Below are positions 1-9,755 of a stretch of 64,000 bases of DNA, one piece after another. Origin of the DNA: Spirochaetia bacterium. GTDB lineage: Bacteria; Spirochaetota; Spirochaetia; CADAEX01. Numbering within the stretch: the first letter of the stretch is position 1; every line of letters starts with the position of its first letter. Location: assembly GCA_963662795.1 (NCBI GenBank), contig OY759746.1, positions 3,328,001 to 3,392,000 of the forward strand. The letters are read 5' to 3'. The notes beneath the pieces were generated by a model that saw only the letters and a list, made by a program, of their open reading frames with translations, ran no database searches and was not told the origin of the DNA. A program made the position numbers and the translations under genes.

Positions 1-1
1 T

Positions 2-67
2 ATACCTGTTTTAATTATTGCATTTGCGATTATCCGCTTTATCGGGCGAAAAAGAAAAGAATCTTAA
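2..67 (+). CDS. 3' end of an upstream gene, probably a GldG-like ABC auxiliary protein (partial)
   Basis: Frame reads IPVLIIAFAIIRFIGRKRKES*: a C-terminal TM helix plus basic tail directly before a DUF4340-like gene, the usual gldG-DUF4340 order. Confidence 0.5.
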   Translation: MPVLIIAFAIIRFIGRKRKES

Positions 68-82
68 ATTAAGGAGAAAAAG

Positions 83-1063
83 ATGGAATTCATCAAAAAG
101 ATAAAAATATTGTCTGTTCTGATAGTGGCTCTTACTGCGTTATATATCTCCGGGCTGGTTTTTTCATCAGCAAATGTTCATAAGAGAAAATCCGATGAAA
201 AGATATTTGATAATAATCTGATTGAAAAAATAGAAATGGTTAAGATTGATTCTGAGGATGGCCTTCTGAATTTCAATAAAGAAGGAGAAAAATGGGTAAT
301 TCAGCTTGATAATAAAAATTATCCGGCATCTTCTGAAAAAATTAAAAATCTGATTGATTCTGTGTCAGATATTACTAAATATCAGGTTTCAGGTACTGAT
401 CCAAAAAGCTGGGTAAAGTTTGACCTTGAAGAAGAAAAGGCCAAAAAAGCTGTTTTTCTCGATAGCAGTAAAAATCCTCTGTTTACCCTTTACATTGGCA
501 AGGAAGGCCCTGTAAGCGGAGGAGAGTATATCCGCAGTTCCCTGTCAGATGAGGTATATCTTCTTGACGCAACAATAAACAGATATTTCATCCGTGACAT
601 AAACTACTGGAGCGACCTGAGAGTTTTTCCTGCCGGGTTTGATGCCGCCTCAATTACTTCTGTAAAAATCAAATCTGATATTAAAATTGAAGATGAATTA
701 TTTAAACTGGATTTATACTTTAAAAAAGAAATTAAAGATAAGGGTACTCCCTTTATATGGATAAATAATGCTGATAATAAAGAATCAGACAGAAACAAAA
801 CCGATCTTATGATCAACAATATCATAACGATAAATGGAGACAGTTTTTCTGATACGGATATTACAGCAAAAAACTGTGAACTAGAGATTGAATCAGATGT
901 TCTTGGAAGAATAATATTTGATATCCAGAAGATTGACGAGGAATCTGTAATTTTTGGTATACGCGGAAATCCTCTGCGGTATAAGGCTTCAATTTATAAA
1001 ATAAACAGGCTCCTGAAATCAGTTAATGATATCTTTGCAGAACCAGAACCAGGAAACAGTTAA
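83..1063 (+). CDS. DUF4340 domain-containing membrane-anchored protein
   Basis: AGGAG RBS; N-terminal TM; 'W....YPA...KI..LI', 'L.IGK......YIR....VYL' pattern. Confidence 0.75.
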   Translation: MEFIKKIKILSVLIVALTALYISGLVFSSANVHKRKSDEKIFDNNLIEKIEMVKIDSEDGLLNFNKEGEKWVIQLDNKNYPASSEKIKNLIDSVSDITKYQVSGTDPKSWVKFDLEEEKAKKAVFLDSSKNPLFTLYIGKEGPVSGGEYIRSSLSDEVYLLDATINRYFIRDINYWSDLRVFPAGFDAASITSVKIKSDIKIEDELFKLDLYFKKEIKDKGTPFIWINNADNKESDRNKTDLMINNIITINGDSFSDTDITAKNCELEIESDVLGRIIFDIQKIDEESVIFGIRGNPLRYKASIYKINRLLKSVNDIFAEPEPGNS

Positions 1064-2325
1064 TCAGGATTACTTTCTGAAAGCATTTTTCTGTATTTTT
1101 CGGGATCCGACCTGAAGGCTATTACCGGTGTGCCGGATTCCGAAACTGCTTTTGCAAGTGCGCCTTCTGCTTCCTTTACGAGACGTTTCCCTGAGATCAG
1201 TCTTCCGTTACGTGAACTTACTCCCGCGAATATTTCTTCAATCTCTGAAACATGTTTAAGTCTTACTACAAAAGCATTGATTTTAGGCAGGCACTCCTCA
1301 AGGTCTGTCCCTGGATTAATTATAGCGATACTATTGCTGTCGTACTCAAAGGCCATATCAGGCATGAAAAAGCTGCGAAGAAGTTCAGGTAAATTCTGAT
1401 ACAGAATATTAATTCTGGCTTTTTCGGAGGAAATCCAGGAAAGTATGAAAAGTGTCAGATCAGTATCAAAAGAAGCAGCTTTATCAAGTTCATAGCTGAG
1501 TTTTGAATTGAAGTACTCAAACCAGGCAAGGCCTGTTTTTTCAGATATTTGTATATCTTCCTTGATTTCCGGTATTTCTTCTTCCTCAACAGCTTCACTG
1601 ACTGTAACAGGCTCTTTATAAGGAGATGCAGATGAAGGGGCAGCCTGTTTTACTGAAACATTATTATGCTTAATCTCAGCTGCAGCCGGTGATTTAACGG
1701 AATCATCTTTTTCCGCAGCCGTCTTTGCAGTTTCCTCATCCTGGTTACTGCCGGCTATTTTAACAGAAATGGCTGCCTTTTTCTTTTCAGGCATAAAAAG
1801 CAGGAAGAAAATTGTAATAATTATATAAAAGAGAAGAACAAGGATTATTATTTTTATCAGATAGGCAACATCATAAAATTTAAGCGTGTTGTAAACTGTT
1901 TCAATACTTATGTTATTGCTTCCCGGTATAATTACTGTTGCAGTAAAAAGGTTGTAAAGTATCCTGTTGAAGCTGTATTCCGGCTTCGTGATAAAATCCG
2001 GGGTAAAAACCGGCTTTTTGGTTATTATACCTGTATTTTTAATATAAAGATATTCTATCTTTTCATTGCTGCTGATAACGATGGATTGAAGCGCCATGTC
2101 AGCAGAAAAAAATCGATTAATTGTATTTTTAAATGCGGATGATGAAAATTCTTCACCTGAAAGGTATAAGGTTGTAATTTCGCTTTTTATTTTATTCAGG
2201 TATCTGGATCCATTTTCCCTGCCGTCATTGTACTTGCGGCTTATTGAAAAAATGGAAAATATTATGAGAACTATAAAAAAAATATTACTTAGAATAATGT
2301 AATTGGAATAATACTTGTTTTTCAT
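1060..2325 (-). CDS. Membrane protein with degenerate C-terminal GGDEF-like domain
   Basis: Two TM segments; 'EKTGL..EL.KA..DLTL', 'AGVSSRNGR..LVKEAE.AL.KA'; GGDEF position reads DSNSI. Confidence 0.6.
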   Translation of the reverse strand: MKNKYYSNYIILSNIFFIVLIIFSIFSISRKYNDGRENGSRYLNKIKSEITTLYLSGEEFSSSAFKNTINRFFSADMALQSIVISSNEKIEYLYIKNTGIITKKPVFTPDFITKPEYSFNRILYNLFTATVIIPGSNNISIETVYNTLKFYDVAYLIKIIILVLLFYIIITIFFLLFMPEKKKAAISVKIAGSNQDEETAKTAAEKDDSVKSPAAAEIKHNNVSVKQAAPSSASPYKEPVTVSEAVEEEEIPEIKEDIQISEKTGLAWFEYFNSKLSYELDKAASFDTDLTLFILSWISSEKARINILYQNLPELLRSFFMPDMAFEYDSNSIAIINPGTDLEECLPKINAFVVRLKHVSEIEEIFAGVSSRNGRLISGKRLVKEAEGALAKAVSESGTPVIAFRSDPEKYRKMLSESNPD

Positions 2326-2418
2326 ATAAATATTATTACCTATATTTTATGTTATGTGAATACATTTTTTTTTTCCTTTTTTTGGAAAAAAATAATAATT
2401 ATTGTATAATTAATTATT

Positions 2419-3258
2419 ATGAATGAAAAAACCAGAAAAAGGATACTGCCTGACGGATGGTATCCAGGAAGCCGCGAAGATGTCCTTGAGATTCTTGAAA
2501 GATGGGACAGAAAGAAAAAGCTTGAAGAAAAACAGAAAGCCTTATCAGTTATAGTACCGCATGCAGGATGGGTTTATTCAGGTGAAACAGCATTTCAGGC
2601 TTTATCAGCAATTCCCCGTGATATTGATACTATTGTTATTGCGGGAGGACATCTGGGTATAAATGAAAAGCCTCTTGCTGCCAAGGAAGAAACATTCAAC
2701 GCGACAATCGGCACTCTTCATAGCAATATTGAGCTTCTTTCATATTTATCCGGTGAAACTACTTTTTATCTTGACAGCTATCCTGACAATACTGTTGAAA
2801 TCAATCTGCCTATAATTAAATATTTATTTCCTGAATGCAAAATCCTCTGGCTGAGAATGCCGGCAAATTATGAAGTAATAAAATGTATAGCAGGAAATAT
2901 TTACGATTATTCTGAAAAAAACAAAAAAACTATTGCAATAGCAGGTTCGACAGACCTTACCCATTACGGATATAATTATGGTTTTCACCCTCACGGCACA
3001 GGAAAAGAAGGTCTGGAATGGGTAAAAACTGTTAACGACAGGGAGTTTATTGATTATATAACTGATTATCAGATTGAAAGGGCAATGGAACACAGCAGGA
3101 CGAATATGTCCGCCTGTTCAGCCGGGGCTGCCGCTCTTGCAGCAGAATACGCGCTTCTGAAAAAATGTAAAAAAGGAAAACTGATCAGCTATCACACAAG
3201 CTATGATGTAACGCCGTCTGACTCGTTTGTAGGCTATGCAGGAATTATTTTTGCCTGA
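2419..3258 (+). CDS. amrB: AmmeMemoRadiSam system protein B (MEMO1 family)
   Basis: GWYP, VPHAGWVYSG, STDLTHYG, SAC, SFVGYAGI motifs. Confidence 0.9.
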   Translation: MNEKTRKRILPDGWYPGSREDVLEILERWDRKKKLEEKQKALSVIVPHAGWVYSGETAFQALSAIPRDIDTIVIAGGHLGINEKPLAAKEETFNATIGTLHSNIELLSYLSGETTFYLDSYPDNTVEINLPIIKYLFPECKILWLRMPANYEVIKCIAGNIYDYSEKNKKTIAIAGSTDLTHYGYNYGFHPHGTGKEGLEWVKTVNDREFIDYITDYQIERAMEHSRTNMSACSAGAAALAAEYALLKKCKKGKLISYHTSYDVTPSDSFVGYAGIIFA

Positions 3259-4939
3259 GAGTTTTTTCAATCTGATTGAGACACCAGGAGCGTGTTTTAA
3301 GCAGAATCTCACCAGCCCCGTAATGCTCTTCTTTGTGCTCCTTTCTTGATGCTGCACAGACAGGATATATTGTCGTCCATAGTTCCTGCTCAGTTCTGGA
3401 AAGATTGCCGTAATATTTATTGAATGGACTGAATGGTTCGGGAAGCGCCCCCAGGGAATTGTAATAATCTTTCAAAAACATCTTCCACGGCATAAGCGCC
3501 TTGCCGGAAGCGAAAAGGTTATATTGATTAACCGGATCCATGCCCCCGGAAATATATGTAATTTCCCTTGGAGAACCTGGCGCAGATTTAACAGATATAT
3601 TATTTCTTCTGATAAACGAAATTAATGCGTTATAGTAATTATCCATTCTGCTGTTTGAAAACACACCCCTGGTTCCGGTTTCACGGATATTACCGCTCTG
3701 AGCAAATGCATAAACTGAATTTTCTGATGAGGAAAGCATGTTTTGATTATTTAAAAAATATTTATATAAAAAAGTATCTCTTGCATACGGTTTGAAGTCA
3801 GTGAAAGAATAATCAATGCCGTAAAGTGTTATATCCTGTATTCCAATTGCAGCTGCTATAGCAAGGGAGGAAAAACCTACATTGCCGCCGGAAGTATCTA
3901 TATACTGAAAATAACGCCATTTTGATGCTATATATCGTGAAAGTGGATTTGCAGATGTAAAATATATGCGTTCTCTGAAAAAACGGGACAGGAATACAGG
4001 CGAACCCAGATCCATAATTACCGGTATGTTGCGGGCTGCATAACCTATCAGATGATTATAGGTAATATGCTGACAATCTATGGAAACAACATAATCAGGA
4101 ATAATATTTCTTGAAATCAGGTACTGTGCTGCGGTATCTGATGATAAAATAAGGGTCTCTTCAATATTATTTTCAAGATGCCCTATCTGGGTCTCCAGTG
4201 AAGGCCCTGCGCCTACGATAGCCGCTTTATTTTTAACAAGCGGTAAAATCTGAACCCCTTCCGCATATTTTAAATTATTAATTATATTTTTAAACCATCT
4301 TTTCCCGAAAAAAGCCTGGCTTGTAAAATCATCTGAAATTTTATTCAGAACAACATTTATATCTTTTGTAATGGTTTCAAAAAAATCAACTTCAGAATTT
4401 GTGCGGTTCCTGAGTTTGACAATATCAAGATTCCCATAAACTGACGGAAGATATTTTTCTGTCAAAGTATTTTCAAGTCTTGTATAATCAGGATCAATTA
4501 GAAGATTAACTTTTCTGCTTGCAAATATTTCAGTCAGATCAACATTTTCAAGTATTTTTCTGAAATACTTTTTATCTGTGTCAATAATAAGAATATTTTC
4601 TACAGACTCGTCTTTTATATAGGGAGCTATGTGATAACCTCCCCCGATACCATATACAATAATAAATCCGCTGTTTTTCCCTTTCATTTCGGACTCGTAT
4701 AATTTTTCCGCTTCAAGGCGCGGATTGAAAAGGGAATGAAGCTGAATTATATTTGTTCCGTTTTTTATTACAGGTATTATATTCCCGTCTCTGGAAGAAA
4801 CAGTATCTATTTTTTTTGATGGTTTTATGGAACAGATTTCAAATGAAAGCTGAGGATCGATTGAAGAGAGGGCAAGAAGATTTTTTTTATATAATAATTC
4901 ATCCATTGCGTACTCTAGTTTTTGCAAATTCTTTTTCAA
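3245..4939 (-). CDS. Motility-associated factor (Maf/DUF115, MptE-like) protein
   Basis: LHS.FNP..EA, YGIGGGYH, W..N...N, IVGAGPSL, SSDTA, GGNV, LYGID; true start may be ~4906 (MDELLY). Confidence 0.85.
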   Translation of the reverse strand: MKKNLQKLEYAMDELLYKKNLLALSSIDPQLSFEICSIKPSKKIDTVSSRDGNIIPVIKNGTNIIQLHSLFNPRLEAEKLYESEMKGKNSGFIIVYGIGGGYHIAPYIKDESVENILIIDTDKKYFRKILENVDLTEIFASRKVNLLIDPDYTRLENTLTEKYLPSVYGNLDIVKLRNRTNSEVDFFETITKDINVVLNKISDDFTSQAFFGKRWFKNIINNLKYAEGVQILPLVKNKAAIVGAGPSLETQIGHLENNIEETLILSSDTAAQYLISRNIIPDYVVSIDCQHITYNHLIGYAARNIPVIMDLGSPVFLSRFFRERIYFTSANPLSRYIASKWRYFQYIDTSGGNVGFSSLAIAAAIGIQDITLYGIDYSFTDFKPYARDTFLYKYFLNNQNMLSSSENSVYAFAQSGNIRETGTRGVFSNSRMDNYYNALISFIRRNNISVKSAPGSPREITYISGGMDPVNQYNLFASGKALMPWKMFLKDYYNSLGALPEPFSPFNKYYGNLSRTEQELWTTIYPVCAASRKEHKEEHYGAGEILLKTRSWCLNQIEKTLRQK

Positions 4940-6536
4940 GAAATACAGTGCATTCTTTATTCAATGCTGTGTATTTTTCTTTTAAGTCCGTTAACATGTT
5001 TTTATTCATTATATGAAATAAATCAAGATATTTATATGTATCGAAATAGTAAAGAATATCTTTATCAAAAGCTGATTTTAATTCAGCTGTTATTGAACCG
5101 GAAGTCATATCTGTCAATCTTTTTTTTAATTCAGTTAAAAGATTATCCTGTAGATTGTAAATAATTTTTCTGTATTTTTTTTTATCAAGTGTCTTTAAAG
5201 AAAAATACTCATTTCTGTCCGATATATTTGATTCAGTTACCGGTTTTTCCCCGGCAATGCCAAGAGTGTCTATAAGATTGAATGCATCTTCGTTATTTAT
5301 AGGCTTCAGGTTGTCAAGCTGAACAGGAGAAGGATTAAGACGGTAGCAGTTACTTTTAAAATATGTTGAATTAAACCAGCCGGAATATGCAGACAGCTGG
5401 CCGGAAATTCTGTACCTGGAATCTGCAGATAATTTATCCGGATAGTTATATATTGCCTGATTATAATATTTGTCAAGAACAGGGTTATATCTGCAGGCAT
5501 TGGAATTCATAAATCGTTCGAAGGAGTGGGGCATGCAATGGGTTTTAATATCTTCCGAGCAAAAATCAATCCCTGCCATAATAACAGGCATTTCAGTAAT
5601 ATGAGATGCCAGAAAAAGCGCTGAGCCTGCAACCGTGCCGTTCGGATTAAGCTTTAAAAAGGGTAATTTGATATTGCCGAGAAAATATTCTTCAATAAAA
5701 GTTCCCTGATTGATTAATAAAAATGGATTTTTACAGGATTTTCCGAAATTGGCTGAAAGAGGCGATGAAAGCACTAATTCCTGATCTATTGAATAGTCAA
5801 GATGAACTGACGCATAATATCCGGGATCTGTTGTGAGGATAATATCGGGTGTGATTCCATAGTGTTTTAAAATAGAACATGAAGATGAGAGCGCAACAAG
5901 AAAGATATTTGTATATGTTTTCCTGAGCAATGGAATGGATTTTTCAAGAGAAGGGCCTGAGCCTGTAATTACTACCGGCTTTTGTATTTTTCTGATTGAA
6001 ACAATATTTTCAAGTGCCGTGATATTCCTGATAATGTTTTTAATGCATTTTTTGCCGAAATATGAAGTTGTATTGATATTTGAATTATATTCCGTTAGAA
6101 CCTGGGCCGCTATAGATGATATTGTTTTCGCCTGGTCCGGGAATGCTTTTATAACAGGTTCCCAGCTAATTGTTACCAGAGATTTTATGTCTGTTTCGGA
6201 TATTTTATCATAAAGGAATGTTTTAAGCGGTATACCGCATTCGGGATACCATAGCGAGTCATTCTTCTCATACTTATCAACAACTGAATGATCATATAGC
6301 TCCCTGTTCAGATGCAGAATAATAATCCTTGAATGGGGAAAATGTTTTCTGATCTGTCCATAAAGATAATTTAGACCTGGGAAAATGAGAATAATTACCC
6401 CGGGAGGATCTGACGGGTTAAACCGTGCAAGCAGGTATTTTTCCGCCTCTCTGACAGGATCAATTCCGGAGTGAATATACTTGTTGCAACAGAGGGCGGT
6501 TTTTTTTCCGGTTTTTGATATAATTACTTCAAGCAT
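4899..6536 (-). CDS. Motility-associated factor (Maf/DUF115, MptE-like) protein
   Basis: IHS..DPVREAEKY, ITGSGPSL, GITPD, TTDPGYYA, GTVAGSA, MAGIDF. Confidence 0.85.
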   Translation of the reverse strand: MLEVIISKTGKKTALCCNKYIHSGIDPVREAEKYLLARFNPSDPPGVIILIFPGLNYLYGQIRKHFPHSRIIILHLNRELYDHSVVDKYEKNDSLWYPECGIPLKTFLYDKISETDIKSLVTISWEPVIKAFPDQAKTISSIAAQVLTEYNSNINTTSYFGKKCIKNIIRNITALENIVSIRKIQKPVVITGSGPSLEKSIPLLRKTYTNIFLVALSSSCSILKHYGITPDIILTTDPGYYASVHLDYSIDQELVLSSPLSANFGKSCKNPFLLINQGTFIEEYFLGNIKLPFLKLNPNGTVAGSALFLASHITEMPVIMAGIDFCSEDIKTHCMPHSFERFMNSNACRYNPVLDKYYNQAIYNYPDKLSADSRYRISGQLSAYSGWFNSTYFKSNCYRLNPSPVQLDNLKPINNEDAFNLIDTLGIAGEKPVTESNISDRNEYFSLKTLDKKKYRKIIYNLQDNLLTELKKRLTDMTSGSITAELKSAFDKDILYYFDTYKYLDLFHIMNKNMLTDLKEKYTALNKECTVFLEKEFAKTRVRNG

Positions 6537-7566
6537 TAAGAAAATCTTTCATTGCATCATTATCAGCCGGTAGATGAAAAACTGTAATAAGGTTTGTACT
6601 GTCAAAATATTTCCCCGGTATCATGTTTTTAACAACCAGGAGAATCTGATGCGCAATAAGCTGTTTATCGTTAAGAGAAGGGGCATCTTTCACAAGGCAA
6701 ATCATGTTATTATCAAGAATAAGTATTTTTCCTGAATTGAGGATAAAGGAAGAAAAGAGCCTGATAAGATTATTGTGGAAACTGCTGTTATACTCATCTT
6801 CAAGCGATGAAACCAAATGATTGATATCAAATAATGCAACAAAATAGTTGGAATAACCTTCATTTTCTGCTTTTATCTTCATAATTGAATTGTAAGCCTG
6901 TTTTTTTGGAATGAAAAAACTTGTATCTGGTTTTAGTCTTATGTTTTTATAAAAATTAAAAAGAAGATCTTTGAAAGGCTGAAAATAAAGTGAATAATTA
7001 TTTATTATTTTACTGTAATCGTTTTCATGATAAATAAGATCAGAGAAAAAGAGAAATGCGAAAGGTTTGTTGTCTGTAGTATAAAAAGGTATAAGCAGGA
7101 CAGACTCAATATTGGCAAATTCCCGTGTGGAAAAGTATTTTTCAAAAGGGAAAAGGGCTTTGATGTCAATAAGCAGATGTTTTCCCTCCTGTATATTTGA
7201 ACTTATAAGTTCAAATACCTTATCATAAGGGATAATCATTCTGTTTGTTGTTGTGTAATCATAACCGGCAACTGCCCAGGTAGTAAAATAATTGGTATTG
7301 GAATCCCGGACAAGAAGTGCGCCCTTTTTTATTCCAAAATAATCTATAAAGAAATTGAAAATTTCAAAAGGTGCTGAAAGCCCCTTGTTCTTTTTTTTTA
7401 ATCTCGATATTTCTGATTCAATGTTTATCAGATTTTTTTTTTTGTCCGGAGCTTTTTCTCCGGACAAAAGTATTTCCGCTTTTTTAAACAGACTTTGCTG
7501 TTTATGGTATTCCTGTTGCCTGTCTATTTGAATCTGCTGATTTACAATTTTTTCAAGAAGCCCCAT
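6529..7566 (-). CDS. Hypothetical protein with possible GAF-like domain
   Basis: Long ORF coupled to neighbours; 'KGALL...WAVAGYD.TT.NRM.I', 'SVLLIPF' suggest a GAF-like fold. Confidence 0.55.
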   Translation of the reverse strand: MGLLEKIVNQQIQIDRQQEYHKQQSLFKKAEILLSGEKAPDKKKNLINIESEISRLKKKNKGLSAPFEIFNFFIDYFGIKKGALLVRDSNTNYFTTWAVAGYDYTTTNRMIIPYDKVFELISSNIQEGKHLLIDIKALFPFEKYFSTREFANIESVLLIPFYTTDNKPFAFLFFSDLIYHENDYSKIINNYSLYFQPFKDLLFNFYKNIRLKPDTSFFIPKKQAYNSIMKIKAENEGYSNYFVALFDINHLVSSLEDEYNSSFHNNLIRLFSSFILNSGKILILDNNMICLVKDAPSLNDKQLIAHQILLVVKNMIPGKYFDSTNLITVFHLPADNDAMKDFLNA

Positions 7567-7567
7567 A

Positions 7568-9526
7568 TTACATTAATCCTAATTCCTGAAACAATTTTTT
7601 ATAAGTTTTGAAATGCTCGGATTTAGCAAATTCTTCTATTTTTCCTTCCGGTAGAGCCTCGAGAAGCTGATCAAGGTAAACAAGTACTGACTTTATTTCT
7701 ATTTTAAGGTTTTCAGGGATGTCTTCGAGGTTCTTTTTATCAGCAAAGTCCTCAGTCTCTTCCATTCCAGCTATAGATTCCTCTTCCTGAGCTTCCCCGG
7801 ACTCCGAGCTATCAGGGATATCCATAGCAAAATCATCTTCCAGCTGTGATTCTTCATCTGTAAGTATTTCTGCTATGTTGTTTGTATCATCAAGATCTAT
7901 TGAAAAATCTTCTTCAGCAGGAGGTTCATCTTCAGGCTTTTGAGTACCAATTTTCACATCAGGTTTTTCAAAAGTTGTATCAAGCCTGGTTTCTTCATTT
8001 ATTTCCTGAATATAATTTTCAGGTTCATTATCTTTTGTTGTTTTTTTATCTTCTTCTTCTTCTTCTTCTTCTTCTTCTTCTGATAAATCTTCATGAATTG
8101 AAATTTCATCTTCAAGTGAAATTTCTTCATCCAGTGAAATATCTTCAAGTGAAAAATCTTCAGCTTCCGGGGTTTCCTTTGTAACCGGCCCTTCGTCCAG
8201 TGTAATTTCTTTATTATCATCCAAAGAGAAATCATCATCGAGAGTAATTTCTTCTTCAACCTCTTCTACAGCATCTTCCACTGTAAAATCGTTATCAAGA
8301 TTTATTTCTTCTTCAACCTCTTCTGCAGTATCTTCAACTGATAAACCGTTATCAGATTTTATTTCCTGTTCTGTAAAATCTTCATCAAGAGCTATTTCTT
8401 CATCGACTGCATCCAGATTAAGCTCATCATCAAGAGATATTTTTTCATTCCCGCTGTCAGGAATGTCAAGGGTAAGCTCATCATCAAGAGACATTTCAAA
8501 ATTATCAGGATTATCCTTTTCCTGATTGTTTTCATTATCAAAGGTTATTTCCTGTTCAGGTAAGGCAGAAAGATCATCTTCAGCTTTATCCTCGTCAGGA
8601 AGATTGTAATCATTTTTTTCTTTTAATTCATTTTCTGTATTGATTATATCTTCTTCAGTAATTTCTTCTGATGTATCAGATGCTTCACTGATTATTTCTT
8701 CAGGCTTTCCTTCAAGGAAATCAAGTTCTTCCTTGTTTTCCTCAAATAATTCTTCGGAAGGAATATCAATTTCAATATTTTCTTCAAAACTATCAGATTC
8801 CGGTTCAGGAACAGGTTCTGCAGAATAAGTTTCTGCGTCCGGCTCTTCTCCTTCCTCAAATACCTGCGATTCCTCTGTTATTTCCGCTGTATTGAAAATG
8901 TTGTCAAGTTCATCTCCGGTTAAAGCAATTGTCTCATCGCCGTCATCAGAGAAAAAACCTCCTGATGCAGTTTCATCTTCTTCAGGTGCTTCTGCCTCCT
9001 GAGTTTCCTTAGCTTCCATTTTTTTATATTTAGATAACTCCAGTTTAAGTTCGTGAAGTTCATTTTTTATGGAAGAAAGGTCGTTTTTGAGATCAGTTGC
9101 AATGCGGGAAAGCATTGCAAAAGATTTGCTGTCTTCCTCTTCAGCAAAGTCCTCTTTTTTTACAGAAGATTTCGATGCTTCTTTTGATTCAATTGACTGC
9201 GGTATTTCAATATCAATAAATTCTTCTTCCTCCAGGTTGTCAACATCGGATTCCTTATATTCCTCTTCAAAATCAAGATCATCTATTTCCTGAATGTTGA
9301 AAAGATCGTCTGTGTCTTCTCCGCTTTTAACATCTTCTTCAAGTGAATCAAGCAGTCTTTCTTCTTCCTCTGTAAGTAAAAAATTATCAGTACCGTTGTC
9401 AAGATCTGTCAGCTCAAAATCTTCAGAAGCAGATATACCTTTTTCATCTGTATAATTATCTGGACCGGACTTGACCCAAACTCCGTAATTCTCAAGTTCA
9501 TTTTCGTTTTTATCTACTTCCAGCAT
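7568..9526 (-). CDS. Highly acidic, largely disordered spirochaete-type hypothetical protein
   Basis: D/E-rich; ordered-looking blocks YGVWVK, GFF..D.DETIALTGDELDNI and C-terminal LK.EIKSVL.YLDQLLE.LPE.KIEEFAKSEHF.TYKKLF.ELG; AGGAG RBS. Confidence 0.8.
   Translation of the reverse strand: MLEVDKNENELENYGVWVKSGPDNYTDEKGISASEDFELTDLDNGTDNFLLTEEEERLLDSLEEDVKSGEDTDDLFNIQEIDDLDFEEEYKESDVDNLEEEEFIDIEIPQSIESKEASKSSVKKEDFAEEEDSKSFAMLSRIATDLKNDLSSIKNELHELKLELSKYKKMEAKETQEAEAPEEDETASGGFFSDDGDETIALTGDELDNIFNTAEITEESQVFEEGEEPDAETYSAEPVPEPESDSFEENIEIDIPSEELFEENKEELDFLEGKPEEIISEASDTSEEITEEDIINTENELKEKNDYNLPDEDKAEDDLSALPEQEITFDNENNQEKDNPDNFEMSLDDELTLDIPDSGNEKISLDDELNLDAVDEEIALDEDFTEQEIKSDNGLSVEDTAEEVEEEINLDNDFTVEDAVEEVEEEITLDDDFSLDDNKEITLDEGPVTKETPEAEDFSLEDISLDEEISLEDEISIHEDLSEEEEEEEEEEDKKTTKDNEPENYIQEINEETRLDTTFEKPDVKIGTQKPEDEPPAEEDFSIDLDDTNNIAEILTDEESQLEDDFAMDIPDSSESGEAQEEESIAGMEETEDFADKKNLEDIPENLKIEIKSVLVYLDQLLEALPEGKIEEFAKSEHFKTYKKLFQELGLM
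8051..8080. repeat. Perfect (TTC)10 / (GAA)10 microsatellite encoding poly-Glu
   Basis: Ten exact TTC units read directly. Confidence 0.95.
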
Positions 9527-9755
9527 TTCAAACTCCTGATTTTAATAATATTAATCAATTAATACGAACTAATTAATTATCGTTGTTTTACAATAAAAAA
9601 TTGATAAATATTATCACTAAATGAATAAGATAAACATTTAAATTAGTATAAACTGAAAAAGAGCGGTTTTCAATCACGCTTTTTAAGTTTTTCCCTATTT
9701 TATATTTCTTGTTTAACGATAATATATATAATAAAATAAATATGGTTGTGTTTAA

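Noticed and set aside
7999-8259. Poly-Lys ORF and antisense poly-Leu ORF (7882-8184)
   Set aside because: Alternate-frame readings of the (GAA)10 tract in the acidic gene
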